A stretch of 64,000 nt of DNA from an uncultured Bacilli bacterium (GCA_934725685.1 CAKVBX010000005.1:2802-66801); one strand, 5' to 3'. Shown: positions 1 through 8,319, counted from the stretch's first letter. The notes: a model not told the origin generated them from the sequence alone. Numbers and translations are program-made.

Positions 1-1
1 G

Positions 2-1447
2 TCAGTAGGCTCTTCCGAAATAGACGACCGTATCGGCACCTTCCTCTCCCGTGTAGGAGTCCATGCTTTGGAATGGCCTCTGATCGAACGGCATGACGCG
101 AGGTGTCGCGTTGAATTCTTCCTTCATCTTCTTTTCGATGTCGCCTTCGAGAGAGGATTTGACCATCATTTTGGCAAAGCCCTTCTGGTTGGCGATGACA
201 TCCTTGATTTCCTCATAGTTGTGGCATTCGTAGATGTGGGCGTTGAGGAAGGAAAGTGCCTTTTGATACATACCTTCCTGAATCTCCTGAAGAAGTCCGG
301 GGATGGAATTTTCGAGGTCTTCCAAAGGAAGCGTAGTCTTTTCACCGTTATAACGCTTAGTAAGCGTAGCTTGACCTTTTTCAAGGTCCTTCGGTCCGAT
401 TTCGATACGGAGCGGGATTCCCTTCATCTCATACTGAGCGAACTTCCAGCCCGGCGTCTTGTTGCTGTCGTCGAGGAAGACGCGGACACCGAGAGCTTTG
501 AGCTTCTCCTCGATACCCTTAGCTGCCTTAAGAACTTCGGGGTTGCTATCCATACGGATCGGAATGATGACGGTCTGGATCGGAGCAATCTTCGGAGGGA
601 GAACAAGACCTTCGTCATCTCCGTGCACCATGATGAGGGCACCGAGAAGACGGGTGGAAACACCCCAGGAAGTATAATGCGGATATTCAATCTTGTTTTC
701 CTTGCTGAGATACTTTATGCCATAGGCTTCCGGGAAGCCGGTGCCGAGATAATGGCTGGTTCCACACTGAAGGGCCTGGCAGTCAGGCATGAGGGCTTCA
801 ATGGTATAGGTATCGACCGCTCCGGCGAATTTCTCGCTGGCCGGCTTTTGACCCATGACAAACGGAATGGCGAGCAGGTCTTTTCCGAGTTCGTTGTAGG
901 TTCTTAAGATGGTCAGTGTGAAAGCTCTCGCCTCTTCTTCGCTTTGATGGAGGGTATGGCCTTCCTGCCAGAGGAATTCGCTGCCGCGAAGGAAGGGCCT
1001 TGTCGTCTTTTCCCAGCGGACAACAGAACACCACTGGTTGTATTTGACCGGGAGATCATTATAGGAGTGGACCACGTCCTTGAAATGGTCGCAGAATAGG
1101 GTTTCGGATGTCGGACGGACCACCATCTCTTCAGCGAGCACCTTGTTTCCGCCTCTGGTGACGACGGCACATTCCGGGGCAAAACCGGAAATATGATCCT
1201 TTTCCTTCTGAAGCAGAGACATCGGAATCAGGCTGGGAAGGTAGACGTTTCTGACACCGAGGACTTTGATTTTCTTATTGAGCCAATCCTGGATTTCCTC
1301 CCAGAGGGCGTATCCGTCCGGACGGTAGATGATGAAGCCTTTGGTTTTCGCATAGCTCATCAGTTCTGCTTTCAGACATACATCGGTATACCACTGTGTG
1401 ATGTTTTCGCTCTTTCCAGTGATACTTGTAACTTTTTTGTCAGCCAT
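2..1447 (-). CDS. proS: Prolyl-tRNA synthetase, short archaeal/eukaryote-like form (no INS editing insertion)
   Basis: 481-aa ORF MADKKVTSITGKSENITQWYTDV... with class II aaRS layout. C-terminus ...VVYFGRAY ends in Tyr, as in archaeal-like ProRS. GGAG lies 8 nt upstream of ATG 1447. TGA stop at 2-4. Confidence 0.92.
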   Translation of the reverse strand: MADKKVTSITGKSENITQWYTDVCLKAELMSYAKTKGFIIYRPDGYALWEEIQDWLNKKIKVLGVRNVYLPSLIPMSLLQKEKDHISGFAPECAVVTRGGNKVLAEEMVVRPTSETLFCDHFKDVVHSYNDLPVKYNQWCSVVRWEKTTRPFLRGSEFLWQEGHTLHQSEEEARAFTLTILRTYNELGKDLLAIPFVMGQKPASEKFAGAVDTYTIEALMPDCQALQCGTSHYLGTGFPEAYGIKYLSKENKIEYPHYTSWGVSTRLLGALIMVHGDDEGLVLPPKIAPIQTVIIPIRMDSNPEVLKAAKGIEEKLKALGVRVFLDDSNKTPGWKFAQYEMKGIPLRIEIGPKDLEKGQATLTKRYNGEKTTLPLEDLENSIPGLLQEIQEGMYQKALSFLNAHIYECHNYEEIKDVIANQKGFAKMMVKSSLEGDIEKKMKEEFNATPRVMPFDQRPFQSMDSYTGEEGADTVVYFGRAY

Positions 1448-1450
1448 TTT

Positions 1451-3292
1451 TTATTTCTCCTTGTTGAATTGATTGGAATAAGACTTCGCTTTCTCGAATA
1501 AATCGAACTGAATTCTCTTTGGTGCCAGCTTTTTTGCATCTTTGATGAGGAAGTTGAGAGACTCTTCGTCGACCAGTTCGGGCCTGGAGCTCGGCATGGC
1601 GATTTCCTCACACTCGAATATTCTACCACCGTTGAGGATACAAGTTTCCACATCGTCGATATGGGTGAGATCATAATAGACAAGCGGAACACGGAACGGA
1701 GCATAGGTCGCCTGGATGCTTCTCTGATCGTTTATAGCCTGATCCGGATCGTATTTGTTGATGGCGAGAGATTCCGGGATGAAGAAGTAATTCACCTGGC
1801 GTAAGACACGGTTTCGTAGGGTGGAAGAAAGGGTATCGATGATGAGACCGATTTCGATACCGTTCTTTCTCAGCTCACGGAAAACCTTATTCGTCAGAGT
1901 CGGGTCTTCATTGGTTGTGAGAAGATCGGTCGTCCGGACGCAGACAATCCAGGAAATTTTCGAAGGCTTTTCCGAGATGATGCGGAGGAACTTGCGGAGA
2001 ACTCCGTAAGGCATCTGGATGGCAATCTTCACCGGCCGATCCTTGATTTGACGGAGTGCCATGCCATAGAGTTTTCGGAAGAGATTTTCGGTCCCGTTTC
2101 TCAACTCACTGGAAATCTTGATGACATCGTCGAAGTTCTGGATGGAAGTTCCGAAGGGACTTGGATGGAGTAGGTAGAATCCCTGTTTTCCCTGTTCGAT
2201 GTCCACCGTTGGGGAGAAGTAGAGACGGAATGTGGAATTTCGGATTAGCATCTGCGTCTCTTCCCGCTGAATCTGGTACTGTTCATAGGAAGTGAAGAAT
2301 GTCTCATCGTAGAGAAGTACTTTGTCTCCTTTGGCTTTCCCCTGACTGATGGCATCCGCCATCTTCTTTGCCTGGTCTTTTCCTAAGGCATAATTCCCTT
2401 GGAACAATGTGCCGATGGAGACACCGATTGCGACATTCATGTCGACATTCGGTGTGGTTTCGTTGAGCTTCTGCTGAATGGCGGTTTGAATGATGAAGGC
2501 AATGTTCATCGCCATCAACTTGGAAAGAGAGGAATTGTCGATGATAAGGAATTCGTTGCCAGTGACCCGGTATAGCTTTCTGCTTTTATAGAGATAAGAA
2601 CCGGCGGTCATCAGGGCTGACTCTCTTGCCGCCTCGATAGTTTTGAGGTCTTTCGGCGTGAGGCCCTCTTTATTATGGTAGAACTCGAAATAAAGAATGG
2701 AGGGCAGAACATCGGCTTCGGTTCCGGCGAGGAACTTCTGGCATTCCTCTTCCGTCTTGAGGTAGAACTTCATGGAAATCTTCTTCATTTCCTTCAAAGA
2801 AGGATGCTTGGTGGAGAGATGGGGAAGAAGCTGACTTTCGAAGTGGACAATCTGCTTTTGGCGGTTGATGGAAGTGAAGTGAAGAAGCGAGACGCAGAAT
2901 TTTCTTCCTTTGTTGATTTTGATGTCGACCTGGAGAGACTGGCAGGGATTTTTTTCCGTGATGACATTTTTAAGCCATTCCTTGATCCGGTAAGTGTCCG
3001 AGCGGAGGAACTGCGCGAGGAACTCTTCCTCGGTAAAACTCTTCACATGGGTGAGATTGATCCGGTCGAAACAATAAAAGCGTTTCCTTACATAGTCATA
3101 GGTATAGACCCGGATGTTGAAGTCGTTGTATTCGAAGGAGGCTTCTCGCTTTTTCTCATAATTGCGGAAGGCGAAGAATAGAGTCACCGAAAAGAGAACG
3201 AGGAGAGCAAGAATCAGGAGAACGAAGAGAAAAATGATTTTTTCCTCGGACTGAGACGGTGCGATTGTGGCATTTAGTTTTAGAAATAACAT
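1451..3292 (-). CDS. Membrane-anchored protein with degenerate GGDEF-like and EAL-like domains
   Basis: 613 aa with an N-terminal TM helix (IIFLFVLLILALLVLFSVTLFFAF). The central segment YRVTGNEFLIID aligns to the RxGGDEF strand. The C-terminal half follows EAL spacing, but the signature residues are replaced (EAL to YLL, DDFG to IDTL, EGVE to YDLT). The TAA stop lies 3 nt before the proS ATG, and the proS SD sits inside this gene's 3' end. Confidence 0.55.
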   Translation of the reverse strand: MLFLKLNATIAPSQSEEKIIFLFVLLILALLVLFSVTLFFAFRNYEKKREASFEYNDFNIRVYTYDYVRKRFYCFDRINLTHVKSFTEEEFLAQFLRSDTYRIKEWLKNVITEKNPCQSLQVDIKINKGRKFCVSLLHFTSINRQKQIVHFESQLLPHLSTKHPSLKEMKKISMKFYLKTEEECQKFLAGTEADVLPSILYFEFYHNKEGLTPKDLKTIEAARESALMTAGSYLYKSRKLYRVTGNEFLIIDNSSLSKLMAMNIAFIIQTAIQQKLNETTPNVDMNVAIGVSIGTLFQGNYALGKDQAKKMADAISQGKAKGDKVLLYDETFFTSYEQYQIQREETQMLIRNSTFRLYFSPTVDIEQGKQGFYLLHPSPFGTSIQNFDDVIKISSELRNGTENLFRKLYGMALRQIKDRPVKIAIQMPYGVLRKFLRIISEKPSKISWIVCVRTTDLLTTNEDPTLTNKVFRELRKNGIEIGLIIDTLSSTLRNRVLRQVNYFFIPESLAINKYDPDQAINDQRSIQATYAPFRVPLVYYDLTHIDDVETCILNGGRIFECEEIAMPSSRPELVDEESLNFLIKDAKKLAPKRIQFDLFEKAKSYSNQFNKEK

Positions 3293-3425
3293 AATATAAA
3301 AATGAAAATGGGTTGTACCCGTATATTATAACTTTTCTTTGCCTGAGATAGCAATTTGAGAAAATTTATATTATGATATTCACACCCCTCGGGGACCTAA
3401 ACCATTGCTAGGAAAGGAAATCACT

Positions 3426-3674
3426 ATGGATATTTATGCAAAACTGAAAGAAATTCTTCGCGAACAGATTCATAAGAAGAGCTTTGACGTCGATTCCATC
3501 ACACCGGATACTAACCTGGATGAACTCGGGTTGGATTCCCTCGATACGGCGGAACTCGTCATTAAGATTGAAGAGGTCTTCTCTCTCCCTGAGACCACGC
3601 CGGACGAAATGGGCAATATCACCACTGTCCGTGACGTCAAGGAGCTCATCGAGAAAAAAAGATTAACAAAGTAA
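3426..3674 (+). CDS. acpP: Acyl carrier protein
   Basis: 82 aa from ATG 3426 (MDIYAKLKEIL...). LGLDSLDTAELV phosphopantetheine-serine motif. SD GGAAAGGA upstream. The ORF-track start at 3405 is a TTG extension. Confidence 0.85.
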   Translation: MDIYAKLKEILREQIHKKSFDVDSITPDTNLDELGLDSLDTAELVIKIEEVFSLPETTPDEMGNITTVRDVKELIEKKRLTK

Positions 3675-3684
3675 GCAAAAAATA

Positions 3685-3713
3685 TTGCAAAGTCTGTAAA
3701 GATTTGATATATT
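3685..3713 (+). promoter_or_regulatory. Sigma-70-type promoter for the tRNA pair
   Basis: TTGCAA (3685-3690), 17-nt spacer, TATATT (3708-3713). The predicted start is a few nt before the tRNA 5' end at 3724. Confidence 0.55.
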
Positions 3714-3723
3714 CTTATCCGCT

Positions 3724-3799
3724 GCCTGCTTAGCTCAGTTGGTAGAGCAACCGGCCGTTAACCGGTAGGTCGTAGGTCCGAGTCCTACAGCAGGCGCCA
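3724..3799 (+). tRNA. tRNA-Asn (anticodon GUU), atypical C33 and C55
   Basis: Hand-folded 76-nt cloverleaf. Acceptor GCCTGCT/AGCAGGC, D arm GCTC/GAGC with GG in the loop, anticodon stem ACCGG/CCGGT with loop CCGTTAA, T stem GTAGG/CCTAC with loop TCCGAGT, discriminator G, encoded CCA. Confidence 0.85.
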
Positions 3800-3807
3800 T
3801 TTTTCCA

Positions 3808-3883
3808 GGCCTGGTGGAGAAGCGGTTAACTCACATCCCTTTCAAGGATGCATTCACGGGTTCAAACCCCGTCCAGGTCACCA
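3808..3883 (+). tRNA. tRNA-Glu (anticodon UUC)
   Basis: 76-nt cloverleaf. Acceptor GGCCTGG/CCAGGTC (one G-U pair), 3-bp D stem typical of tRNA-Glu, anticodon stem CATCC/GGATG with loop CTTTCAA, T arm ACGGG-TTCAAAC-CCCGT, encoded CCA. Confidence 0.9.
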
Positions 3884-3894
3884 CGTTATTAATT

Positions 3895-3917
3895 GGAACC
3901 TTAGGGTTCCTTTTTTT
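3895..3917 (+). terminator. Rho-independent terminator after the tRNA genes
   Basis: GGAACC-TTAG-GGTTCC hairpin followed by T7. Confidence 0.75.
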
Positions 3918-3986
3918 GTTGCTGAAATCGCTTTTATATCAGCAGTTTAAAGAGTAAAATAAGGGGGAAATGAAAGGAGACGATAT

Positions 3987-6038
3987 ATGGACGAAGAATT
4001 AAAGCCCTTATTCACCCCGTGGAAAATCGGCAATGTCGAGATCAAGAACCGCATTGTCATGACCTCCATGGGCGGAACTTCTCTTCTCGGCTGGATGGAA
4101 ATCAACCATTTTGACAAAGAAGCGGCCAAGTTCCTTCTCGATAAGGCGAAAAACAATGTCGGTTTGATTCTCCCCGGTATTCAACCGGTTTACAATCCGA
4201 TGCTCGGTCAGTGGCTCTACCGCAAGAAAGGCATGTATCGTGAACTGAAGAAGTTCATGGCGGAAATTCATAAGACCGGTGCGAAAATGTTCATCCAGTT
4301 AACGGCAGGATTCGGCCGCTCTTTCACCATCTCTCCGATGATGGAAAAACTCGCTTCCAATCCAGTTCTCAACGTGTTGAGCAAACCGGTCATGAATTTC
4401 GATAAAATCTGTGCTTCCTCCTCGGAAAGTCCTAATGTCTGGTCCGATAAAGTTTCTTCCCGTCCTATGATGGTCAAGGAAATCAGGCGTTTCATCGAAG
4501 CCTTTGCCAAGACGGCAAAGTTATTAAAAGATGCAGATGTCGACGGCGTCGAGATTCATGCGGTTCACGAAGGCTACCTCCTCGACCAGTTTACTCTTCC
4601 CTATATCAATAAGAGAACGGACGAATATGGCGGAAGCTTCGAGAACCGTTATCGTTTCCCTGTCGAAATTGTGAAAGCCATCAAGGAAACCTGCGGAAAA
4701 GACTTCCCAGTCTCTCTCCGTTTCTCCGTCATCAGTAAAGCGAAAGGTTTCCGCCTCGGTGCCCTTCCGGGAGAAGACTATGTCGAGGCCGGACGAAATA
4801 TGGAAGAAGCCGAGAAGGCTGCCAAGTATCTTCAGGATGCCGGCTATGACATGCTGAACTGCGATAACGGCACCTACGATTCCTGGTATTGGGCTCATCC
4901 CCCGATTTACATGCCAGAAAACTGCAACCTTTCCGATGTTGAGCACATCAAGAGTTTTGTCTCCATCCCTGTCGTCTGTGCCGGCAGAATGGATCCGAGA
5001 GTTGGTGCCGAAGCCATCCAGGAAAACAAACTCGATGCCGTTGGTTTTGCAAGACCTTTCCTTGCTGATGGCGCATGGGTCTCCAAGATGATGGAAGGCA
5101 GGGAAGAGGAGATTCGTCCCTGCATCTGCTGTCACAACGGCTGCTTCAACATGACCAGATACAAAGGAAGCGCAAACGATCAGTCGCTCTCCGATTCACT
5201 TCATATGGCACGCTGCGCCGTCAATGCCGAGACGATGCAGACAAATAAGCACTACATCAAGAAGGCCAAGAAAGCAAAACGCGTCGCCATCATCGGCGGC
5301 GGCATTGGCGGTATGGAAGCGGCCAGAGTCTTAGCCCTCCGCGGACATAAGCCGGTCATCTATGAAAAGGCTGATCACCTCGGCGGTGTCTTTGTCCCTG
5401 CCTCTTCCGCCTCTTTCAAGGAAAAACTGAGAAATCTCCTTTCCTGGTATGAACTCCAGATGAAGGACCTCTCTGTCGAAATCCACCTCAGCACCGAAGT
5501 GAAGGATCTTAAAGACATTCCAGCGGACGAATACATCATCGCTACAGGTTCTAAAGCCAGAAAGCTCCGCCTTCCCGGCTTTGAGAAGACCATTGAGGCG
5601 ACGGAATATCTTTCTGGAAAGGATGTCGGAGAGCATGTCGCCGTCATCGGCGGTGGCCTCACTGGGTGCGAAATCGCCTATGAACTCTACCTCTCCGGCA
5701 AGAAACCACTGATTGTCGAAATGCAGGATGATCTCATCCGTCAGACCGGTATCTGTATGGCAAACAGCCAATATCTGAGAGACTTCTTCGCCCTTCATAA
5801 GGTCCCGGTCTATCTGGAAACGAAACTCAAGGAAGTGAAGGATAAGGAAATTGTCTGTGCGACCAAGGACGGAAAGGAACTCGTTCTCCCCTGTGATTCC
5901 GTCATTATGTCCGCCGGTTATATTCCGACTCCGCTCGCCAAAGAAGGAAAATATCTCCATTTGGTCGGGGACTGTGAGAAGGTGGGCAATCTCAGAAGCG
6001 TCATCTGGACGGCCTATGAGACGGCCATGAAAATCTAG
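3987..6038 (+). CDS. FMN/FAD/Fe-S oxidoreductase of the 2,4-dienoyl-CoA reductase / enoate reductase (OYE-fusion) family
   Basis: 683 aa. N-terminal OYE-type barrel signature FTPWKIGNVEIKNRIVMTSMGG. Cys cluster CICCHNGC. Two dinucleotide folds, VAIIGGGIGGMEAA and VAVIGGGLTGCEIA. SD AAAGGAG before ATG 3987. Confidence 0.85.
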   Translation: MDEELKPLFTPWKIGNVEIKNRIVMTSMGGTSLLGWMEINHFDKEAAKFLLDKAKNNVGLILPGIQPVYNPMLGQWLYRKKGMYRELKKFMAEIHKTGAKMFIQLTAGFGRSFTISPMMEKLASNPVLNVLSKPVMNFDKICASSSESPNVWSDKVSSRPMMVKEIRRFIEAFAKTAKLLKDADVDGVEIHAVHEGYLLDQFTLPYINKRTDEYGGSFENRYRFPVEIVKAIKETCGKDFPVSLRFSVISKAKGFRLGALPGEDYVEAGRNMEEAEKAAKYLQDAGYDMLNCDNGTYDSWYWAHPPIYMPENCNLSDVEHIKSFVSIPVVCAGRMDPRVGAEAIQENKLDAVGFARPFLADGAWVSKMMEGREEEIRPCICCHNGCFNMTRYKGSANDQSLSDSLHMARCAVNAETMQTNKHYIKKAKKAKRVAIIGGGIGGMEAARVLALRGHKPVIYEKADHLGGVFVPASSASFKEKLRNLLSWYELQMKDLSVEIHLSTEVKDLKDIPADEYIIATGSKARKLRLPGFEKTIEATEYLSGKDVGEHVAVIGGGLTGCEIAYELYLSGKKPLIVEMQDDLIRQTGICMANSQYLRDFFALHKVPVYLETKLKEVKDKEIVCATKDGKELVLPCDSVIMSAGYIPTPLAKEGKYLHLVGDCEKVGNLRSVIWTAYETAMKI

Positions 6039-6049
6039 GAGGTAACATC

Positions 6050-7348
6050 ATGTACGAACCGAAAATGAAACTGACCGAAGAGCAGCTTGCGATTCTTCAT
6101 GGTCAGAACGGCCAGGCGCAGGCCAAGATGATGGAAGTCCTCGTCCGGTACGGCGATGTCTTCCATGCCGAACGTCTCGTTAAAGTCACACATCGGAAGA
6201 GCCATTTCGTCACATCCTTCGGCATCAATATGCTCAAGCCTGTCTACCCGCTGATGGATGAACTCATCGCTTCCGGATGTAAAGTCGACGAAGGCTTCAC
6301 GATGGATCCCCGTCCGCTGGATTACAAGAATGTATCGTGCGGTCCTCTCGAGAAGTTCGTCTTCTCTAACATCATGTACGGAAAACAGAAGCACTACGAA
6401 GAACAGCTCTCTGCAATCGGCCTTGCTGATAAGAGCGGCTTCACCTGCACCTGCTATCTCAAGGAAGTGGGCAATACTCCGAAGAAAGGCGATATTCTCT
6501 CTTGGAGTGAATCCTCCGCCGTCGTCTTCGCTAATTCTGTCTTAGGTGCCCGCTGCAACCGTAATTCTGGTATTCTTGATACGTTTGGTGCTATCATGGG
6601 TCTTGTTCCGGAATTTGGCTTCCTCACCGATGAAGGAAGAAAAGCAACTTGGAAAGTTATTGTCAAGACGACAAAGAAGCCTGAGGCGCAGATTTTGGGC
6701 TCTGCCATCGGCATGAAAGTCATGGAAGAAGTCCCCTATGTCTATGGACTCGACCAGTACCTGAAAGACCTTCCTGACGAGGATACTCTCGCCTATCTCA
6801 AGGACTTCGGCGCTGCGACCGCCAGCAATGGCGCTGTCGGCCTTTACCATATCGACAAAATCACTCCGGAAGCCAAAGAACTCGGGGAAAGTTTAGTCAG
6901 AGAAGATGCCAAGACCTACATCATCGATGATGAAGAACTTGAACGTGTCTACCGTTCCTATCCCATCATGTGGAAGAAAAAGGACAGTAAACCGCATAAG
7001 GCCTTTATCGGCTGCCCGCATCTCACCCTCCGTCAGCTTGAGGATTGGACCAATCGCATGACTGCTTCCCTCAAAGAGACCAGGAAAGAGAAACTTGTTG
7101 TCAACACAATCTTCACTGCAGCTCCTGCCGTCATCGAAGAATTCCAAAAGAGTGAAAAGTATGCCGAGTTTGTCAAGACCGGCGCCCATCTTTCCTACAT
7201 TTGTCCCTTGATGTATATGGATAATCCGGTTGCGGGCGGAAAACCGATCATCACCAATTCCAACAAGCTCCGTACCTATACTAAGGCCCGTTATTATAAG
7301 GATGATGAGATTCTTGCTATCATCACCGGAAAGGAAGTCTGCAGATGA
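6050..7348 (+). CDS. Aconitase X (AcnX) catalytic/large subunit (DUF521-type)
   Basis: 432 aa. N-terminus KLTEEQLAILHGQNGQAQAKMMEVLVRYGDVFHAERLVKVT is typical of the AcnX large subunit. SD TAGGAGG overlaps the upstream stop, leaving an 11-nt gap to the reductase gene. Confidence 0.8.
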   Translation: MYEPKMKLTEEQLAILHGQNGQAQAKMMEVLVRYGDVFHAERLVKVTHRKSHFVTSFGINMLKPVYPLMDELIASGCKVDEGFTMDPRPLDYKNVSCGPLEKFVFSNIMYGKQKHYEEQLSAIGLADKSGFTCTCYLKEVGNTPKKGDILSWSESSAVVFANSVLGARCNRNSGILDTFGAIMGLVPEFGFLTDEGRKATWKVIVKTTKKPEAQILGSAIGMKVMEEVPYVYGLDQYLKDLPDEDTLAYLKDFGAATASNGAVGLYHIDKITPEAKELGESLVREDAKTYIIDDEELERVYRSYPIMWKKKDSKPHKAFIGCPHLTLRQLEDWTNRMTASLKETRKEKLVVNTIFTAAPAVIEEFQKSEKYAEFVKTGAHLSYICPLMYMDNPVAGGKPIITNSNKLRTYTKARYYKDDEILAIITGKEVCR

Positions 7349-7794
7349 AAGAATTCAAAGGTAGAGTCCTCTTCGGAGGAACGTTCAAAGGCGAAGCCGT
7401 CGTTTCCCATCATGGACTGAACACCCTGGCAAGTTTCCAGACCAGCGCTCTGATTCCGACTGCGACCAAGATTGTCGTCGGCGATCAGAACAATCCTGAT
7501 CTTTACAAGAAGAACATCACCGGCAAGGCCCTCTGTCTTCCCCAAACCATCGGTTCCACGACCGGAGGGATGGTCATTCAGACCGTCGCAGTCCGCGACC
7601 TTGCTCCGAAGGTCTGGCTTTTCTCCAAAAGTATTGATCCGTTAGCAGCCTCCGGCATCATCCTCTCCAACGTCTGGAATGATGTCGGCCTGATTGCCAT
7701 CGATGAACTCGGTGATGAGTTCCTCGACACGGTCAAGACCGGCGATACGATTGAAGTCAAAGAAGACGGCACTGTCGTCGTTTACGAAAAATAA
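7345..7794 (+). CDS. Aconitase X swivel/small subunit (DUF126-type)
   Basis: 149 aa, MKEFKGRVLFGGTFKGEAVVSHHGLNTLASF... ATGA start/stop overlap with the large subunit at 7345-7348. Confidence 0.75.
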   Translation: MKEFKGRVLFGGTFKGEAVVSHHGLNTLASFQTSALIPTATKIVVGDQNNPDLYKKNITGKALCLPQTIGSTTGGMVIQTVAVRDLAPKVWLFSKSIDPLAASGIILSNVWNDVGLIAIDELGDEFLDTVKTGDTIEVKEDGTVVVYEK

Positions 7795-7808
7795 GGAGAA
7801 CCATTACC

Positions 7809-8210
7809 ATGGAAAATGTACATTTTTGCCCGCATTGCGGGGCCCAGATTACCGACAATGACAAATTCTGCCCTAATTGCGGTGCTTCGTTAGCTGATTC
7901 GACGGAAGAAAGTCCGAAAGCGGCAAGCTATCAGTCTGCTCCGAGTCAGACTTACTATCAGCCTTACAGCGCAAAAGGCTCCTCCGGCGGAAGTCCGGTT
8001 GCCGGTCTTGTTTTCGGCATCCTGAGTGTCGTTTTGGGTGGATGGCTTTGGTCTATTCTCGGCATCGTCTTCTCTAAGCCGCAGAAAAACACGGATTCTA
8101 AAGCAAAAGCCGGCTTCATTCTCTCCATCATCGGTCTCGCCATTTCTCTGCTCTATACGATCTTGCTGATTGTCAATATTGTCTCATACGTGAGAACCGG
8201 TCAGATCTGA
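7809..8210 (+). CDS. Zinc-ribbon membrane protein (N-terminal CxxC-x-CxxC, C-terminal 2 TM)
   Basis: 133 aa. CPHCGAQITDNDKFCPNCG, a low-complexity linker, then two hydrophobic helices. Confidence 0.6.
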   Translation: MENVHFCPHCGAQITDNDKFCPNCGASLADSTEESPKAASYQSAPSQTYYQPYSAKGSSGGSPVAGLVFGILSVVLGGWLWSILGIVFSKPQKNTDSKAKAGFILSIIGLAISLLYTILLIVNIVSYVRTGQI

Positions 8211-8264
8211 TTTTCTCTGTAAGGGAAAACGAGGGCTTTTCCCTGTCATTCCGGTTGATTTTTG

Positions 8265-8293
8265 AAGACAAACACAGTTGGCTGCGATATAAT
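8265..8293 (+). promoter_or_regulatory. Candidate gpmA promoter
   Basis: AAGACA, 17-nt spacer, TATAAT (8288-8293), about 27 nt before the ATG. Confidence 0.5.
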
Positions 8294-8319
8294 GAAGTGT
8301 CAATTTTAGGAGGATCACT

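Noticed and set aside
68-907. 279-aa ORF on the plus strand, one of many long antisense ORFs. Others include 11667-12557, 14503-15195, 18944-19675, 28065-29099, 36044-36883, 44801-45505, 51408-52268, 54335-55162, 60863-61723 and 62373-63164.
   Set aside because: Each lies fully inside, and antisense to, a gene with clear family motifs. Their translations are low-information (D/E/G/I/V/F-rich) with no SD or promoter. They are best explained by codon bias on the sense strand (rare TTA, CTA and TCA codons) removing antisense stops.
1448-1500. T-box or other leader upstream of proS.
   Set aside because: proS starts 3 nt after the preceding gene's stop, so there is no room for a leader RNA. Regulation, if any, must act at the upstream promoter beyond 3292.
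8222-8244. Hairpin AGGGAAAA-CGAGGGC-TTTTCCCT after the zinc-ribbon gene, as a possible terminator.
   Set aside because: The stem is clear, but no U-tract follows it (GTCATTCC). Read-through into gpmA, or a weak or Rho-assisted stop, cannot be told apart from sequence alone.
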